Positions 29,883-40,346 are shown, counted from the stretch's first letter. The stretch is DNA of 64,000 nucleotides from an uncultured bacterium (GCA_964010765.1 CAXGMD010000002.1:41060-105059); one strand, 5' to 3'. Notes: generated by a model not told the origin, from the sequence alone. Translations and numbers: made by a program.

Positions 29883-30626
29883 TCAGCTTATGACAGACTG
29901 TGCGTTAAAATCACTGCCTAAGTAGGCTTCCATAACCGCGGGGTTAACTGAGATCTCCTGCGGATTGCCTGAAGCTATGTTTTCACCATTATTGATGACG
30001 ACGATGTGATCACACAGAGACATGATCACAGCCATCACATGTTCGACGATGACGATGGTGATGCCTGCATCCCTGACTTTTCCCAGTACCGCAATCATCT
30101 TTTGCATTTCGGTCGGCGTCAAACCAGCCAGGACCTCGTCCAACAACAAGAGCTCAGGTTTTGTCGCAAGAGCCTTGGCAACTTCTACTCTTTTTCGGCC
30201 AGCGACAGGTAGAGCACCTGCCGACATTTTTGCCTGATCGGAGAATTCAACCAATTCCAGGACATCCAGGGCTATTTCTTTAGCTCGCTGGGTGCTTCCG
30301 GTTTTGTTGAAAGCACCAATCATCACGTTTTCAAGAACAGTCAATTCAGGGAATGGTTTCACAATCTGAAAAGTTCTGGTCATGCCAAGCTTACAAATAT
30401 TGGATGGCCTCATTCCATTGATTCTATGACCATTGAAAACAATTTCACCCTCATCCGGTTGCATAAATCCTGACAATAGATTGAAAAATGTGGTCTTGCC
30501 TGCGCCATTGGGTCCAATCAACCCGGTGATTCGACCTTTTTCAATGCTCATTTCCGCTTTGTTGACCGCAACAAGCCCCCCAAATCGTTTCGTTACGTTT
30601 TTGGCTTCCAGAAGAGATTTTGTCAT
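29883..30626 (-). CDS. Branched-chain amino acid-type ABC transporter ATP-binding protein (LivG-like)
   Basis: FGGLVAV, GPNGAGKTT, RTFQ, LLDE, VEH; start placed at ATG 30626 overlapping the upstream stop. Confidence 0.92.
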   Translation of the reverse strand: MTKSLLEAKNVTKRFGGLVAVNKAEMSIEKGRITGLIGPNGAGKTTFFNLLSGFMQPDEGEIVFNGHRINGMRPSNICKLGMTRTFQIVKPFPELTVLENVMIGAFNKTGSTQRAKEIALDVLELVEFSDQAKMSAGALPVAGRKRVEVAKALATKPELLLLDEVLAGLTPTEMQKMIAVLGKVRDAGITIVIVEHVMAVIMSLCDHIVVINNGENIASGNPQEISVNPAVMEAYLGSDFNAQSVIS

Positions 30627-31735
30627 GATGAGCCTTCTCGTTTCATTCCGATTTTGTGAAAGGCTGGTAAAACGCCTCTTGGAAGGACCAGACACACTAA
30701 AATCAAGATGACCCCATATAATAGAATCGCCAAGCCACCACCACCACCACTTGATAGATATTCTAGATAGCGGATGAATTTCTCTCCCGAGGGGATTTCT
30801 TCATTGATCAGTGCAACTAGAGAAGCTCCAGCACCTCCACCTTCAAAAACTATCCTGGACATTTCACCAATCGGTACTAGTAAGAAAGTTCCGATAATTG
30901 GCCCCATGACAAGTCCGCTTCCTCCAATGACAGCGAATAAAATAATTTCAATGGATAGTGCGATCTTGATCACATCATCTGGAACAATGTATTGGGTGTA
31001 TTGAGCATAGAAGGTTCCACCAAGTGCTGTCATTGCTGCCGATAAGGCAACTGCATGCATCTTGTTGTGCATCGAGTGGATTCCCAGGGCCTCTGCAGCT
31101 TCTTCTGATTCTCGAATAGCCCGGAGGTAGTACCCAAATTTGCTCGAAGAAACGATAGCGCAGATGATTATTCCAAAGACCATTAATCCAAGAGCGATGT
31201 AGTAATAAGGCTCTTTTTCAAGGAACTGATATTCCCAGAAAGTGTATTCACTTGACAGCGGAATTAAGAGTCCCAGTGGACCACCAGTGAAATCGAAGTA
31301 AAGAAAAAGAAGTCGAAGAATTTCTGCGAAGGCGATCGTCACCAAAGCGAAGAATGGCCCTTTTAAGCCATATTTGAAGCTTATAAAACCGAGGCCATAT
31401 CCTACAATGGCAGCGATGACAGCTCCCGCAATCATCCCGATCCAGGGAGATACTCCGGTATGAACATAAATCAGCGAGGATGTGTAGGCTCCAATACCGA
31501 AAAAAGCCGCATGACCCAGGGACAATTGGCCTGCAAAGCCCCCAAGAATATTCCAACTGCTGCTGAGATAAGCAAACATGAAAATCAAGATGCCTACGTG
31601 CAGCAACGCAGATCCAGAGAGGCCATCCGGCATGACTGCCACAACAAAATCACTCTCAGCATAAAGTGGCAGACTAAGTAAAAAAAGAAGGGTGAGACCA
31701 TAGATGTAATGGCTGATTTTGATCTGCGGAATCAT
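30623..31735 (-). CDS. Branched-chain amino acid-type ABC transporter permease (LivM-like)
   Basis: GFAGQLSLGHAAFFGIGAY, AIRESEEAAEALGI. Confidence 0.9.
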   Translation of the reverse strand: MIPQIKISHYIYGLTLLFLLSLPLYAESDFVVAVMPDGLSGSALLHVGILIFMFAYLSSSWNILGGFAGQLSLGHAAFFGIGAYTSSLIYVHTGVSPWIGMIAGAVIAAIVGYGLGFISFKYGLKGPFFALVTIAFAEILRLLFLYFDFTGGPLGLLIPLSSEYTFWEYQFLEKEPYYYIALGLMVFGIIICAIVSSSKFGYYLRAIRESEEAAEALGIHSMHNKMHAVALSAAMTALGGTFYAQYTQYIVPDDVIKIALSIEIILFAVIGGSGLVMGPIIGTFLLVPIGEMSRIVFEGGGAGASLVALINEEIPSGEKFIRYLEYLSSGGGGGLAILLYGVILILVCLVLPRGVLPAFHKIGMKREGSS

Positions 31736-31746
31736 TTAGGGCCCCT

Positions 31747-32619
31747 TTAGGTCAGTTTTGTTCCAAAAAGCCCTGTGGGCCGAAACAGCAGAATCAGAGT
31801 GAAAATCGTAAAGGTTGCAACCTGCTTCAAGGCAGCCTCTGGCATCAAGATTTCCCCAAACGATTCAACAACTCCGATGATGAATCCACCAATTAGAGCC
31901 CCTTTCAGATTGCCCAGACCTCCGAGCACAACCACCACAAAAGCTGTAAGGGTGAAAGAAAGCCCGACAGTGGGAGAGATATAGAAAAAAGGAGTCATCA
32001 TGGCCCCTGCCAGACAAACACAGACTGTCGAAATCCCAAGGGCAATTTTGTAGATTCGATCAATGTCAATTCCTACCGCTAAAGCACCATCTCCATCTTC
32101 TGCGCAGGCTCGAATGGCTCGACCTGTTCGAGTCTTCATCAGAAATTGGTAAAGGCCAATCACAACAACAACGGCAAGAGCAGTAGCAGCAAGTCTAGTC
32201 AAACTTATGCGAGCCCCAAAAAACTCGACCGTGTTGGAGCCATAAGCAACTTGAACTGTTTGGAAATCTGGACTGAAGAAAAAGACAGCAATGTTTTGAA
32301 GGCAAAGTGAGATGCCAACTGTTACCAAGATTTTGATGGTTTCAGGGGCGTAGAGGACAGGGCGGATTAAGAATTTTTGGATAATCCAGCCTAAACCAAA
32401 GAAAATGGGTAAACCCAAAATTGCTGCCAAGTAAGGATCTATCCCGAGCAATGTGTAACAGAAAAAGGCGAAATACATCCCAACGATCAGGAAGTCTCCG
32501 TGTGCGAAATTTTTAATTTTCATTACTCCGAAGGTGAGTGTCAGCCCAACCGAGATGAGCGAGAAGACACCTCCAATCAGAATTCCGCTAATCAAAGCCT
32601 GCAAATAAACTGTGGCCAT
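31747..32619 (-). CDS. Branched-chain amino acid-type ABC transporter permease (LivH-like)
   Basis: GLTLTFGV..I.NFAHG, TGRAIRA, VVVLGGLG, RP.GLFG. Confidence 0.9.
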   Translation of the reverse strand: MATVYLQALISGILIGGVFSLISVGLTLTFGVMKIKNFAHGDFLIVGMYFAFFCYTLLGIDPYLAAILGLPIFFGLGWIIQKFLIRPVLYAPETIKILVTVGISLCLQNIAVFFFSPDFQTVQVAYGSNTVEFFGARISLTRLAATALAVVVVIGLYQFLMKTRTGRAIRACAEDGDGALAVGIDIDRIYKIALGISTVCVCLAGAMMTPFFYISPTVGLSFTLTAFVVVVLGGLGNLKGALIGGFIIGVVESFGEILMPEAALKQVATFTIFTLILLFRPTGLFGTKLT

Positions 32620-32694
32620 AAATCACTTTAGACCCTTAAAGGGCTGAATTGCCATTTCTTTTTGACAGTTGGACGAAGCGTCTGATTTCATTTA

Positions 32695-32731
32695 AACCCC
32701 CTCTAGATTTCAACTGATTCTAGGGGGGGTT
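32695..32731 (-). other. Stem-loop between SBP and permease genes
   Basis: AACCCCCCCTAGA...TCTAGAGGGGGTT near-perfect arms on the minus strand. Confidence 0.55.
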
Positions 32732-32845
32732 GATAAATTGTTTGAGGCAAAAGCTTTTGAGCCAGGCTTCTTAAGTGAGAGGAGAGCTTAGCCCAACAAA
32801 CTCAGGAAAGTGAAATTGTCAGGCAAACCCCTGCATGATTTCAAT

Positions 32846-34069
32846 TTAACGAGTACTCCAGGCTGGTACGGGCCATTCCAGTGCAGCTGAGGCTGATTCG
32901 AAAGGCCAGACAGTCTTATGCTGCCCATCGATAATTTGCATGATGATCAACTGGGCCTCTGGAGATTGACCTGTCTGGTCGAAGCGAACGCAGTCATAAG
33001 GTAGGATATTCTGGTCACCACAAAGTTTTGTCTCCGCAAGTGCATCTCGCAACTTTTTGCGATCAGTGGAACCGGCTCTTTCAAGGGCATCAGCAAGCAC
33101 ATAAGTTGACATGTAGGTTTCAGCAGCATGCCCATTCATATCAACACCAAATTTCTCCTTGAAGCGCTTTGATATTTCGGGGACACCTTTCTTCTTGACG
33201 TCTGTTGCCCACTCACCAACAGTGAAGGTGTAGTCAGCATCTTTACCAAGTGTAGAAATATAAGCTGGATCAATGTGACCAGCGGATGTTCCAACAATTG
33301 GAGCGTCGATTCCAAGTTCTTTCATTGTTTTGGTGATCAGCACGGCATCAGAAAGATAAGAGACCAGCAACACAGCATCAGGGTTCATCTGCTTGATCTT
33401 AGCCATCGTCGCAGTCATATCTGCGCTATCTTTAGGATAAGCAATTCGATCAAGGACTTTGATCCCAAATTGTTCTGCAGCTGCAACCTGACCATCACCT
33501 GTCGACTTCCCGAAGAGAGTGTCTTCATGCAGCAAAACCACCGACTTGACGGGTTTACCAACTTTCTCACTGGCTTCTTTGACAAAACGAATCTGATCAC
33601 GGGCATACCAGGATGCTTGAGGAGAAACCTTGAAGAGATATTTGAAACCACGACTAGTAATCGAATCTGCAATAGCTACAGGATCAATAAAAGGCACTCT
33701 AAGTTTCTCTGAAACCTGAGTGACTGGGAAGGTTACTCCAGATTGATAGGCGCCCATGATCGCGACCACACCTTTTCTCTCAAGTTTCTGCAGCTCAGTA
33801 ATGCCGATTTCTGGCTTGCCCTGAGTATCCCCATCAATCATTTCAAGCTTGGCTCCCCCCAGTGACTTGATTCCACCATTTGCGTTGATCTCCTCAACCG
33901 CAAACTCATGGCCTCTACGGTTATTCACTCCAATTGGAGCTACTGAACCGCTCAGAGGTAACAGAATTCCGACTTTAATATTGTCAGCGGCAATTACATT
34001 GTAGGCGGTGATCTGAGACAGTATTGCAGCTAGACCAAGCGCTTTGAAGATCGTTCTTCTGAAAATCAT
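32846..34069 (-). CDS. LivK-like ABC transporter substrate-binding protein
   Basis: Signal peptide, IKVG..LPLSG, EINANGGI...GA; start placed at ATG 34069 (GGAG RBS). Confidence 0.88.
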   Translation of the reverse strand: MIFRRTIFKALGLAAILSQITAYNVIAADNIKVGILLPLSGSVAPIGVNNRRGHEFAVEEINANGGIKSLGGAKLEMIDGDTQGKPEIGITELQKLERKGVVAIMGAYQSGVTFPVTQVSEKLRVPFIDPVAIADSITSRGFKYLFKVSPQASWYARDQIRFVKEASEKVGKPVKSVVLLHEDTLFGKSTGDGQVAAAEQFGIKVLDRIAYPKDSADMTATMAKIKQMNPDAVLLVSYLSDAVLITKTMKELGIDAPIVGTSAGHIDPAYISTLGKDADYTFTVGEWATDVKKKGVPEISKRFKEKFGVDMNGHAAETYMSTYVLADALERAGSTDRKKLRDALAETKLCGDQNILPYDCVRFDQTGQSPEAQLIIMQIIDGQHKTVWPFESASAALEWPVPAWSTR

Positions 34070-34307
34070 AAGATTCTCCCAGGATAGTTGGCAATAACCT
34101 TTGCGGTGAAGAATTCCACAAAGGTCGAACAGTGTATTCATACTAATTGGTAATGGCAACCATTGTGTTTCACTCTTCACTTGAAGATCAAGAATTTATG
34201 GAGTTGAAACCCAAATAATCATTTCGGATGATTCCTTTGAAAGACATAGCTGGCTAATTGGAATGAGCATCTCAACTAGTAAGCGACGTCGGTAGTTTTC
34301 ACCGACC

Positions 34308-34394
34308 TGATGAACAGAATTAATTAGATGAGATGACCTAAGCGAAAATGGTGCTTGTGTAAATTTAGCTTAATCTTGATGAACAGAGTTAATT
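34308..34394. repeat. Two 18-bp direct repeats (TGATGAACAGARTTAATT) in a divergent promoter region
   Basis: Copies at 34308-34325 and 34377-34394, 17/18 identical. Confidence 0.6.
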
Positions 34395-34437
34395 TTGGCT
34401 CATTGGCTACAACAAAATTCCAGAGGAAATTGATTCA

Positions 34438-35334
34438 ATGAATACTGAATTTTCAGGTATTTGGCCCATCCTTTACTCCTTCTTTGGAGAAGATGGAAAC
34501 TTGGATCGGGCTGCGATGAGATGTCAGGTTCAAGCCTGCTTAACTCAAAATATTCAAGGCTTAGCGGTTCTTGGCCTAGCAACGGAGGTCCATAAATTGA
34601 CCTCTGATGAGCAATTGAAAATTCTAAAATGGGCTGTTGAAGATTTGCAGGGAAAACTTCCTTTGGCTGTCACGGTTTCAGGTCCAGATGCTTCCGCACA
34701 ATTGCAATTTGCCAAAAAAGCCTCTTACCTTGGTGCGAGTTGGTTGATCCTTCAGCCACCGTCTCGTCGTCCCCTTAGTGAAGAGGAATGTTTTGATCAT
34801 TTCTCCGAGGTGATGAATTCAATTCAACTGCCGATCGCCATTCAAAATGCTCCGGAGTATCTAGGGGTTGGCTTGAGCATTCCGAAAATCATTGACTTAA
34901 ACCAACGTCATTCTCATTTTAAACTTTTGAAAGGTGAGGGTTCTGCTGTTGAGGTTGAGCAACTTGTAAAGGCGCTGAAAAGCAAAATGCAGGTTTTTAA
35001 TGGCAGAGGAGGAATTGAACTAGTGGATTCATTGCGTGCTGGCTGCGCTGGTTTAATTCCGGCGCCAGAGTTGGTAGATCGCCAGGTTCAAATCTATCAG
35101 TTTTGGAGGGATGGGCTAACAGAAGAAGCAGAGGCATTCCAAAAGGAAATCCTGCCGATGATCGTCTTCAACATGCAAACAATTCAGCATCTACTCTGTT
35201 ATGGCAAACGGCTCTGGGCGGCGAGATTGGGACTGACCGTATTTGATCGGGCTCCTTTTCAAGCACCTAGTGAATTCGGTTTGCAAAGAATAGCTGCATT
35301 TGCAAAGGACCTAGGCCCTCTCCCCACTCGCTAG
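34438..35334 (+). CDS. DapA/NanA-family aldolase or dehydratase
   Basis: GLATE, LQPP, IQNAP, Schiff-base Lys in LKGEG. Confidence 0.85.
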   Translation: MNTEFSGIWPILYSFFGEDGNLDRAAMRCQVQACLTQNIQGLAVLGLATEVHKLTSDEQLKILKWAVEDLQGKLPLAVTVSGPDASAQLQFAKKASYLGASWLILQPPSRRPLSEEECFDHFSEVMNSIQLPIAIQNAPEYLGVGLSIPKIIDLNQRHSHFKLLKGEGSAVEVEQLVKALKSKMQVFNGRGGIELVDSLRAGCAGLIPAPELVDRQVQIYQFWRDGLTEEAEAFQKEILPMIVFNMQTIQHLLCYGKRLWAARLGLTVFDRAPFQAPSEFGLQRIAAFAKDLGPLPTR

Positions 35335-35348
35335 CGATCTGATGAACT

Positions 35349-36362
35349 TCAGGTTTTTTCTATTGGTTTGCTTCGAATTTGAGTGACCGTTTCTAGCTGA
35401 GCACGCTTACAAGAGGCAGGGGGAAGATTTCGGCTGATCAATTCTAAGTCTTCAAGGACAAGCTTGCCGATCTGTTGGAGGGCAGAAGTCAAAGCACCAG
35501 CGCGGTGTGCAGAGAGGAGCATGTTTTTGGTTTGACGAATTGGGTCTTCCAATGGAACGGGTTCTTCAGGAAATACATCGGTTGCCACTCGAATTCTTCC
35601 TGAGTTGGCAAATGTTTGTAGGTCATCAAAGTCAGCGATTGCAGCCCTACTCAATAGGATGAGTATCGCTCCAGGTTGCATCCATTCCAGTCGCTCTGCA
35701 TTCAAGAGTTTTGAATTTTCAGTTGTTATCGTGGCCGTGACAAAAACAAATCTACTCTCTCTGAGAAGCTGCTCCAATCCGACAGGTTGAAGTCCATTCC
35801 TCTCTAAAAACCCATCAGGTAACCAGGGATCGTGAGCTAAGATTTGATTCTGAAACCCCTGCAATACTCCTTTAACAGCCCGTCCCAAATCCCCATACCC
35901 AAGAATCCCAACAGTTGCTCCTGTCAGCAACTCTGCATCCTGATTTCCCTCCAAACCGTATTTCTCCAACCCATTTTGAAAATCAGCGTGTGCCTGGTGA
36001 ACATTTCTTGCCAAAGATAAAGCCATGGCTAGTCCAATTTCCGCAACTGCAAGCGCAAAGACAGAGCTCGGAGTCAAAACTGGAATCGATCTGGAAGCAC
36101 AATATGCATAGTCCACATTCGGTAAGAAATTCGTTTCAACATTAAAGATGGCCTTCAGCTTTGTTGCTGCAGCAAGACGTGATGAATCGAGTGCTTGTTG
36201 GCTGATGATCACATCCATCTGAGGCAGCCATTCCGCATACTGAGAATCGGCCTGCATGGGATCAATTTCAAAAATTTCGTGTTCTGCAAAAAATTTTCTT
36301 TGGTCTTCCTCCCTGAAGATTTCGTTTGCAGTGCGAGGCCAAGGATCAAATAAGATCTTCAT
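35349..36362 (-). CDS. D-isomer-specific 2-hydroxyacid dehydrogenase
   Basis: GILGYGDLG, HDPW, SRA, DVFPEEP, SAHRAG; start placed at ATG 36362. Confidence 0.88.
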   Translation of the reverse strand: MKILFDPWPRTANEIFREEDQRKFFAEHEIFEIDPMQADSQYAEWLPQMDVIISQQALDSSRLAAATKLKAIFNVETNFLPNVDYAYCASRSIPVLTPSSVFALAVAEIGLAMALSLARNVHQAHADFQNGLEKYGLEGNQDAELLTGATVGILGYGDLGRAVKGVLQGFQNQILAHDPWLPDGFLERNGLQPVGLEQLLRESRFVFVTATITTENSKLLNAERLEWMQPGAILILLSRAAIADFDDLQTFANSGRIRVATDVFPEEPVPLEDPIRQTKNMLLSAHRAGALTSALQQIGKLVLEDLELISRNLPPASCKRAQLETVTQIRSKPIEKT

Positions 36363-36596
36363 TCTATATCCTTTGTTTATTTTTAATGATTTATGTGGAT
36401 TCAGTACTTTAATCTCCGCTGATCCGAGATAGTTTTTTCTCAATTGAATCTCAGTGGAGTGAGACTAAATTATCAGGTATTGATTGTTACCTAAGATTGT
36501 AGTCAACTCTCCAACCGGTTCTTCAGATCTGAGGAATAAATCGGCTATCATGAAATTTCTCAGAGACAATTATCAACCCTGCCTTGGGAGCAGAAG

Positions 36597-37559
36597 ATGA
36601 TCAAACGATTTGCAATAGCGATGGCTTTTGGAAGCCTACTCTCAATGCCAGTTCAGGCGGAAACCTATGGTGTCCTGATGAAGACACTCTCTAATCCGTT
36701 CTGGGGTGCAATGGAATTGGGTGTCCGAGAGGGGGCAAAAGAAGCAGGGGTCGAATATTACCTTCAGGCTGTTGAGAGTGACCAGGCCGCAGAGCCTCAA
36801 TTGAATGTCTGCAACACGATGCTGGAACGGAAACCCGATGCAATGATTACAGCAGCGATCAACTCCACTATTCTATTGCCTTGCTTGAAGCGAGCAAATG
36901 ATATGGGCATTCCTGTAGTCGATCTTGATGGAAATCTTGATCATAAAATCGCTGCAGATGCAGGAGTAGATATTTCTTTTTCGATTGGATCTGACAACGT
37001 CGCTGCAGGCGCACAAGGCGCAGAATATTTAGTCAATAAGCTGGGCAAGAATGCTAAGGGGCCAGTTTTGGTCATCGAGGGACTTTCAGGGAACATCACT
37101 GGTCAAAAAAGAGCTCGTGGCTTTTCAGATCGCTTGGCTCAGTTAGCTCCAGGTCTCAAAGTAGTCGCATCACTTCCGGGTGATTGGGATCGAGGCAAGG
37201 CTGCCAACATCACAAATGACACTCTGACTGCCAATCCGGGTCTTGTAGCGATCTTTGCCGCAAATGATGGGATGGCACTCGGTGCAATCGAGACTGTATA
37301 TGCTGCTGGCAAGCAGAGCCAGGTGACGGTTATTGGAGTTGATGGAAATTCTGATGCGGTCAAATCAATCAAATCAGGACGTTTGAATGCTTCTGTTGCC
37401 CAGTTACCTTACTTGGTCGGTAAGCAAGCTGTTGAAAAAGTTGCTGCGATGAGGAAGGGAACTAAAGTTGATCAAGACTGGATTTATGTTCCTACCATGG
37501 TTTTGACAAAGGATATCATAGACAAAGGTACAGAGCCGATGCTCAAGTACGTTAAGTAA
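36597..37559 (+). CDS. Monosaccharide ABC transporter binding protein (AlsB/RbsB-like)
   Basis: Signal peptide; MKTLSNPFW resembles the D-allose-binding protein N-terminus; DWDR, ANDGMALGA, GVDG. Confidence 0.88.
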   Translation: MIKRFAIAMAFGSLLSMPVQAETYGVLMKTLSNPFWGAMELGVREGAKEAGVEYYLQAVESDQAAEPQLNVCNTMLERKPDAMITAAINSTILLPCLKRANDMGIPVVDLDGNLDHKIAADAGVDISFSIGSDNVAAGAQGAEYLVNKLGKNAKGPVLVIEGLSGNITGQKRARGFSDRLAQLAPGLKVVASLPGDWDRGKAANITNDTLTANPGLVAIFAANDGMALGAIETVYAAGKQSQVTVIGVDGNSDAVKSIKSGRLNASVAQLPYLVGKQAVEKVAAMRKGTKVDQDWIYVPTMVLTKDIIDKGTEPMLKYVK

Positions 37560-37571
37560 TCTATCCTATGA

Positions 37572-37592
37572 GCGGGCCGAAAGGCCCGTTTT
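37572..37592 (+). terminator. GNRA hairpin after SBP gene (weak terminator or stabiliser)
   Basis: GCGGGCC-GAAA-GGCCCGT followed by TTT. Confidence 0.6.
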
Positions 37593-37617
37593 CTCAGAAT
37601 TTTCTTAGGAACTTGGT

Positions 37618-38553
37618 TTGCTCTCCCGATTGCACATCCGTCTAGAATCTCTCATCGTCCTAGTGGTGCTTTCTGCAGGAATGGCACTGCTTTCTCCAGT
37701 TTTTCTCTCCGTTAACAATCTATTCAATATCATCTTAGCCACAGCAACCTTTGGGGTGCTTGCAATCGGTGCTACGTTTGTGATCAGCTCTGCAGGGTTG
37801 GACCTTTCGCTAGGGTCCGTTTTGGGGCTTTCTTCGGTTGTGGGAGCGGCATTGGTGGTAACTCTGGAATGGCCCTGGTATTTCGCCATCCTTGGGTCGT
37901 TAATAGCTGGAACATTGGCTGGAGCCGTTAATGGGGTCATCGTGACCAGAGGAATGGTCCCTGCCTTTATTGTGACTCTTGGGATGTTGGGGATTGCACG
38001 GGGTCTCGCTTTAATTATTTCAGGAGGGAGAGGGATTTACGGTTTGCCAAATGAAATCCTTTTTCTTGGACAAGCAAGACCACTTGGAGTTCCTACACCA
38101 GTTTTTATCCTGGCATTGGTTGCAGTAATCTCTCACTACATTCTTGCACATACCCGATTTGGCCACCACACCCTCGCGCTAGGTGACAATGAAGCTGCCG
38201 CTAAGGCTACAGGAATTGACATCAATCGACAAAGGATGTTGCTTTACATGCTTTCTGGTTTGATGGCAGGGATTGCTGGATTGATTTTTACAGCTCGTGT
38301 CAATACTGGGGATCCTACAGCCGGCCTCAACTATGAGTTGCTGGCGATCACCGCAGCAATCATTGGAGGAACAAATCTATTTGGGGGAAGAGGTTCAATT
38401 TTGGGAACTATGATCGGTGCCTTGATCATGGGTGTTCTCCAAAACGGTCTGAATTTGCTCGCTGTCCAAGCCTACTACCAGCAAATGGCAATCGGCATGG
38501 TACTGATTGCTGCAGTATGGCTTGATCAAGTCCGTGATAGAAAGAGGTCCTGA
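37618..38553 (+). CDS. Monosaccharide ABC transporter permease (RbsC-like)
   Basis: GLDLSLGS, VPAFIVTLG, GDNEAAA, IGGTNLFGGRG; start uncertain. Confidence 0.9.
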   Translation: MLSRLHIRLESLIVLVVLSAGMALLSPVFLSVNNLFNIILATATFGVLAIGATFVISSAGLDLSLGSVLGLSSVVGAALVVTLEWPWYFAILGSLIAGTLAGAVNGVIVTRGMVPAFIVTLGMLGIARGLALIISGGRGIYGLPNEILFLGQARPLGVPTPVFILALVAVISHYILAHTRFGHHTLALGDNEAAAKATGIDINRQRMLLYMLSGLMAGIAGLIFTARVNTGDPTAGLNYELLAITAAIIGGTNLFGGRGSILGTMIGALIMGVLQNGLNLLAVQAYYQQMAIGMVLIAAVWLDQVRDRKRS

Positions 38554-39296
38554 TGGCATTGTTAAGTTTGAAAGGACTGAAGAAATCTTTCGGATCCATT
38601 GAGGTTTTAAGAGGAATTGACCTAGAGATCAACCCATCGGAAGTTATTGGTCTGGTTGGTGATAATGGCGCAGGAAAGTCTACGTTGATGAAGTCCATCA
38701 CAGGGGTTTATTCCCTTGATGAAGGAATGATTGGTTTTCAAAATCAGGATGTCACAACGCTTCCTCCCGGTGAAAGAAGGGCTCGTGGTATTGAGATGAT
38801 TTATCAAGACCTGGCGCTTGCTCCTCAACAAGATATAGCGAACAACATATTTCTGGGCAGAGAACCTACTAAACGTCTCTGGGGTTTTCTTCCGGGTTTT
38901 GTAGATAAAGAAAAAATTGATGCGGAAGCCCTCAAGATGATTGATCGGCTGGGTGCTCGAATCCCCTCAATCCATGTCCCAGTTGGGCGATTGTCGGGAG
39001 GCCAGCAGCAAACCGTAGCAATTGCGAGGGCTCTGACATTTGATCCGAAGTTGGTCATTATGGATGAGCCCACAGCAGCTCTCGCTGTTCGTGAGGTGGA
39101 AGGAGTTCTGAAGCTCATTGAGCAAATGAGAGATGCTGGAATAGCTGTGATCTTAATCAGCCATCGTCTGAATGACATCTTTGCAGCGTGCCAGCGGATT
39201 GTAGTTCTGAGAAGAGGGAGTGTGATTGCGGATCTTCAAAGGGAAGCCACTGATATGAATGAGGTGGTATCCTATATTGTGGGTGCTCACGGATAA
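38553..39296 (+). CDS. Monosaccharide ABC transporter ATP-binding protein (single NBD)
   Basis: GDNGAGKST, YQDLAL, LSGGQQQ, MDEPTAAL, ISH. Confidence 0.92.
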   Translation: MALLSLKGLKKSFGSIEVLRGIDLEINPSEVIGLVGDNGAGKSTLMKSITGVYSLDEGMIGFQNQDVTTLPPGERRARGIEMIYQDLALAPQQDIANNIFLGREPTKRLWGFLPGFVDKEKIDAEALKMIDRLGARIPSIHVPVGRLSGGQQQTVAIARALTFDPKLVIMDEPTAALAVREVEGVLKLIEQMRDAGIAVILISHRLNDIFAACQRIVVLRRGSVIADLQREATDMNEVVSYIVGAHG

Positions 39297-39311
39297 CAGA
39301 AAAGGATCTAA

Positions 39312-40166
39312 ATGGCGAAGTTGGGAATACATGCATTCTGCTTCACACCAGGATGGGAAGCGAAACAAGCTGACAAGGTGCTGCCATCGCTTAAGGAATT
39401 GGGAATCAGCGTTGTTGAGTTGCCACTTTTGCGGCCAGCTGAATTTGATTCGAAGGGAACTAGGCAAGCCTTCGAAAAGCACGGTATGGGTGTCACTTGC
39501 TCTCTAGGTCTCCCTCATCACCTGGACCCGACTAAAGACTTGAAAGCCTGTACAGATTTTTTAGACCATGCTCTCCAGGTTGCAGCTGAAGCGGGTTCAA
39601 AAATTCTCTCTGGAGTGACTTTCGGTTCGATTGGAAAAACTTCAGGTGCCTCCAGAACTGATGCTGAGTACGATGCCATGTGCATGATGCTCTCACATGC
39701 TGCCAGTACTGCAAAATCCTTGGATTTAAGATTGGGGTTGGAACCTTGTAACCGCTATGAAACCCACCTGTTAAATACTGGCAAGCAAACGATGCAAGCG
39801 CTTGCTAGAATTGGAGCCGAGAACACTTTTGTTCATCTGGACACATACCATATGAACATTGAAGAAGTGAGTATGTCTCAGGGTTGTCAAGACTGTGGAA
39901 GCAGACTGGAGTATATTCATCTTTCGGAGTCAAATCGTGGTGTGCCAGGACGAGGCTGCTTAAACTGGGAAGACACCTTTTTGGGTCTGAAAGCAGTAGA
40001 TTTTCAGGGGACGATGACCTTGGAGAGCTTCATTTATGTTGATGATGACATCGCAGGAGGTCTAGCTCTTTGGCGTCCAGTTGCTGATCAACCTGAAGAT
40101 ATTTTGAAAGTGGGTATCCCCTTCCTTATCCAGAAAGCCAAGGAGGCTGGTCTCAATCTAGAGTAG
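39312..40166 (+). CDS. Ketose 3-epimerase family (D-psicose/D-tagatose/L-ribulose 3-epimerase-like)
   Basis: LEPCNRYE, HLDTYHMNIEE, IHLSESNRG.PG.G and ESF metal-binding motifs. Confidence 0.85.
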   Translation: MAKLGIHAFCFTPGWEAKQADKVLPSLKELGISVVELPLLRPAEFDSKGTRQAFEKHGMGVTCSLGLPHHLDPTKDLKACTDFLDHALQVAAEAGSKILSGVTFGSIGKTSGASRTDAEYDAMCMMLSHAASTAKSLDLRLGLEPCNRYETHLLNTGKQTMQALARIGAENTFVHLDTYHMNIEEVSMSQGCQDCGSRLEYIHLSESNRGVPGRGCLNWEDTFLGLKAVDFQGTMTLESFIYVDDDIAGGLALWRPVADQPEDILKVGIPFLIQKAKEAGLNLE

Positions 40167-40346
40167 TTTTTTTCATCATGCCTTTGGCCCAATTTCTTTG
40201 GGTCTGTTCCTTCTCTAGATCCCCTTGCAATCCCGAAATAATACTAATTCTCCTCAGCAACTTACCTCACATCATTTGCACAGCCTGTGCTTGTGGAGTA
40301 TTGGAGCAGCAACGGTTAATTCTCCAAAACTGGCCAGGAAGGCAGC

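Noticed and set aside
40178..40346. parS or DnaA-box candidates upstream of parA
   Set aside because: Only partial matches and short hairpins; no iterated or consensus site
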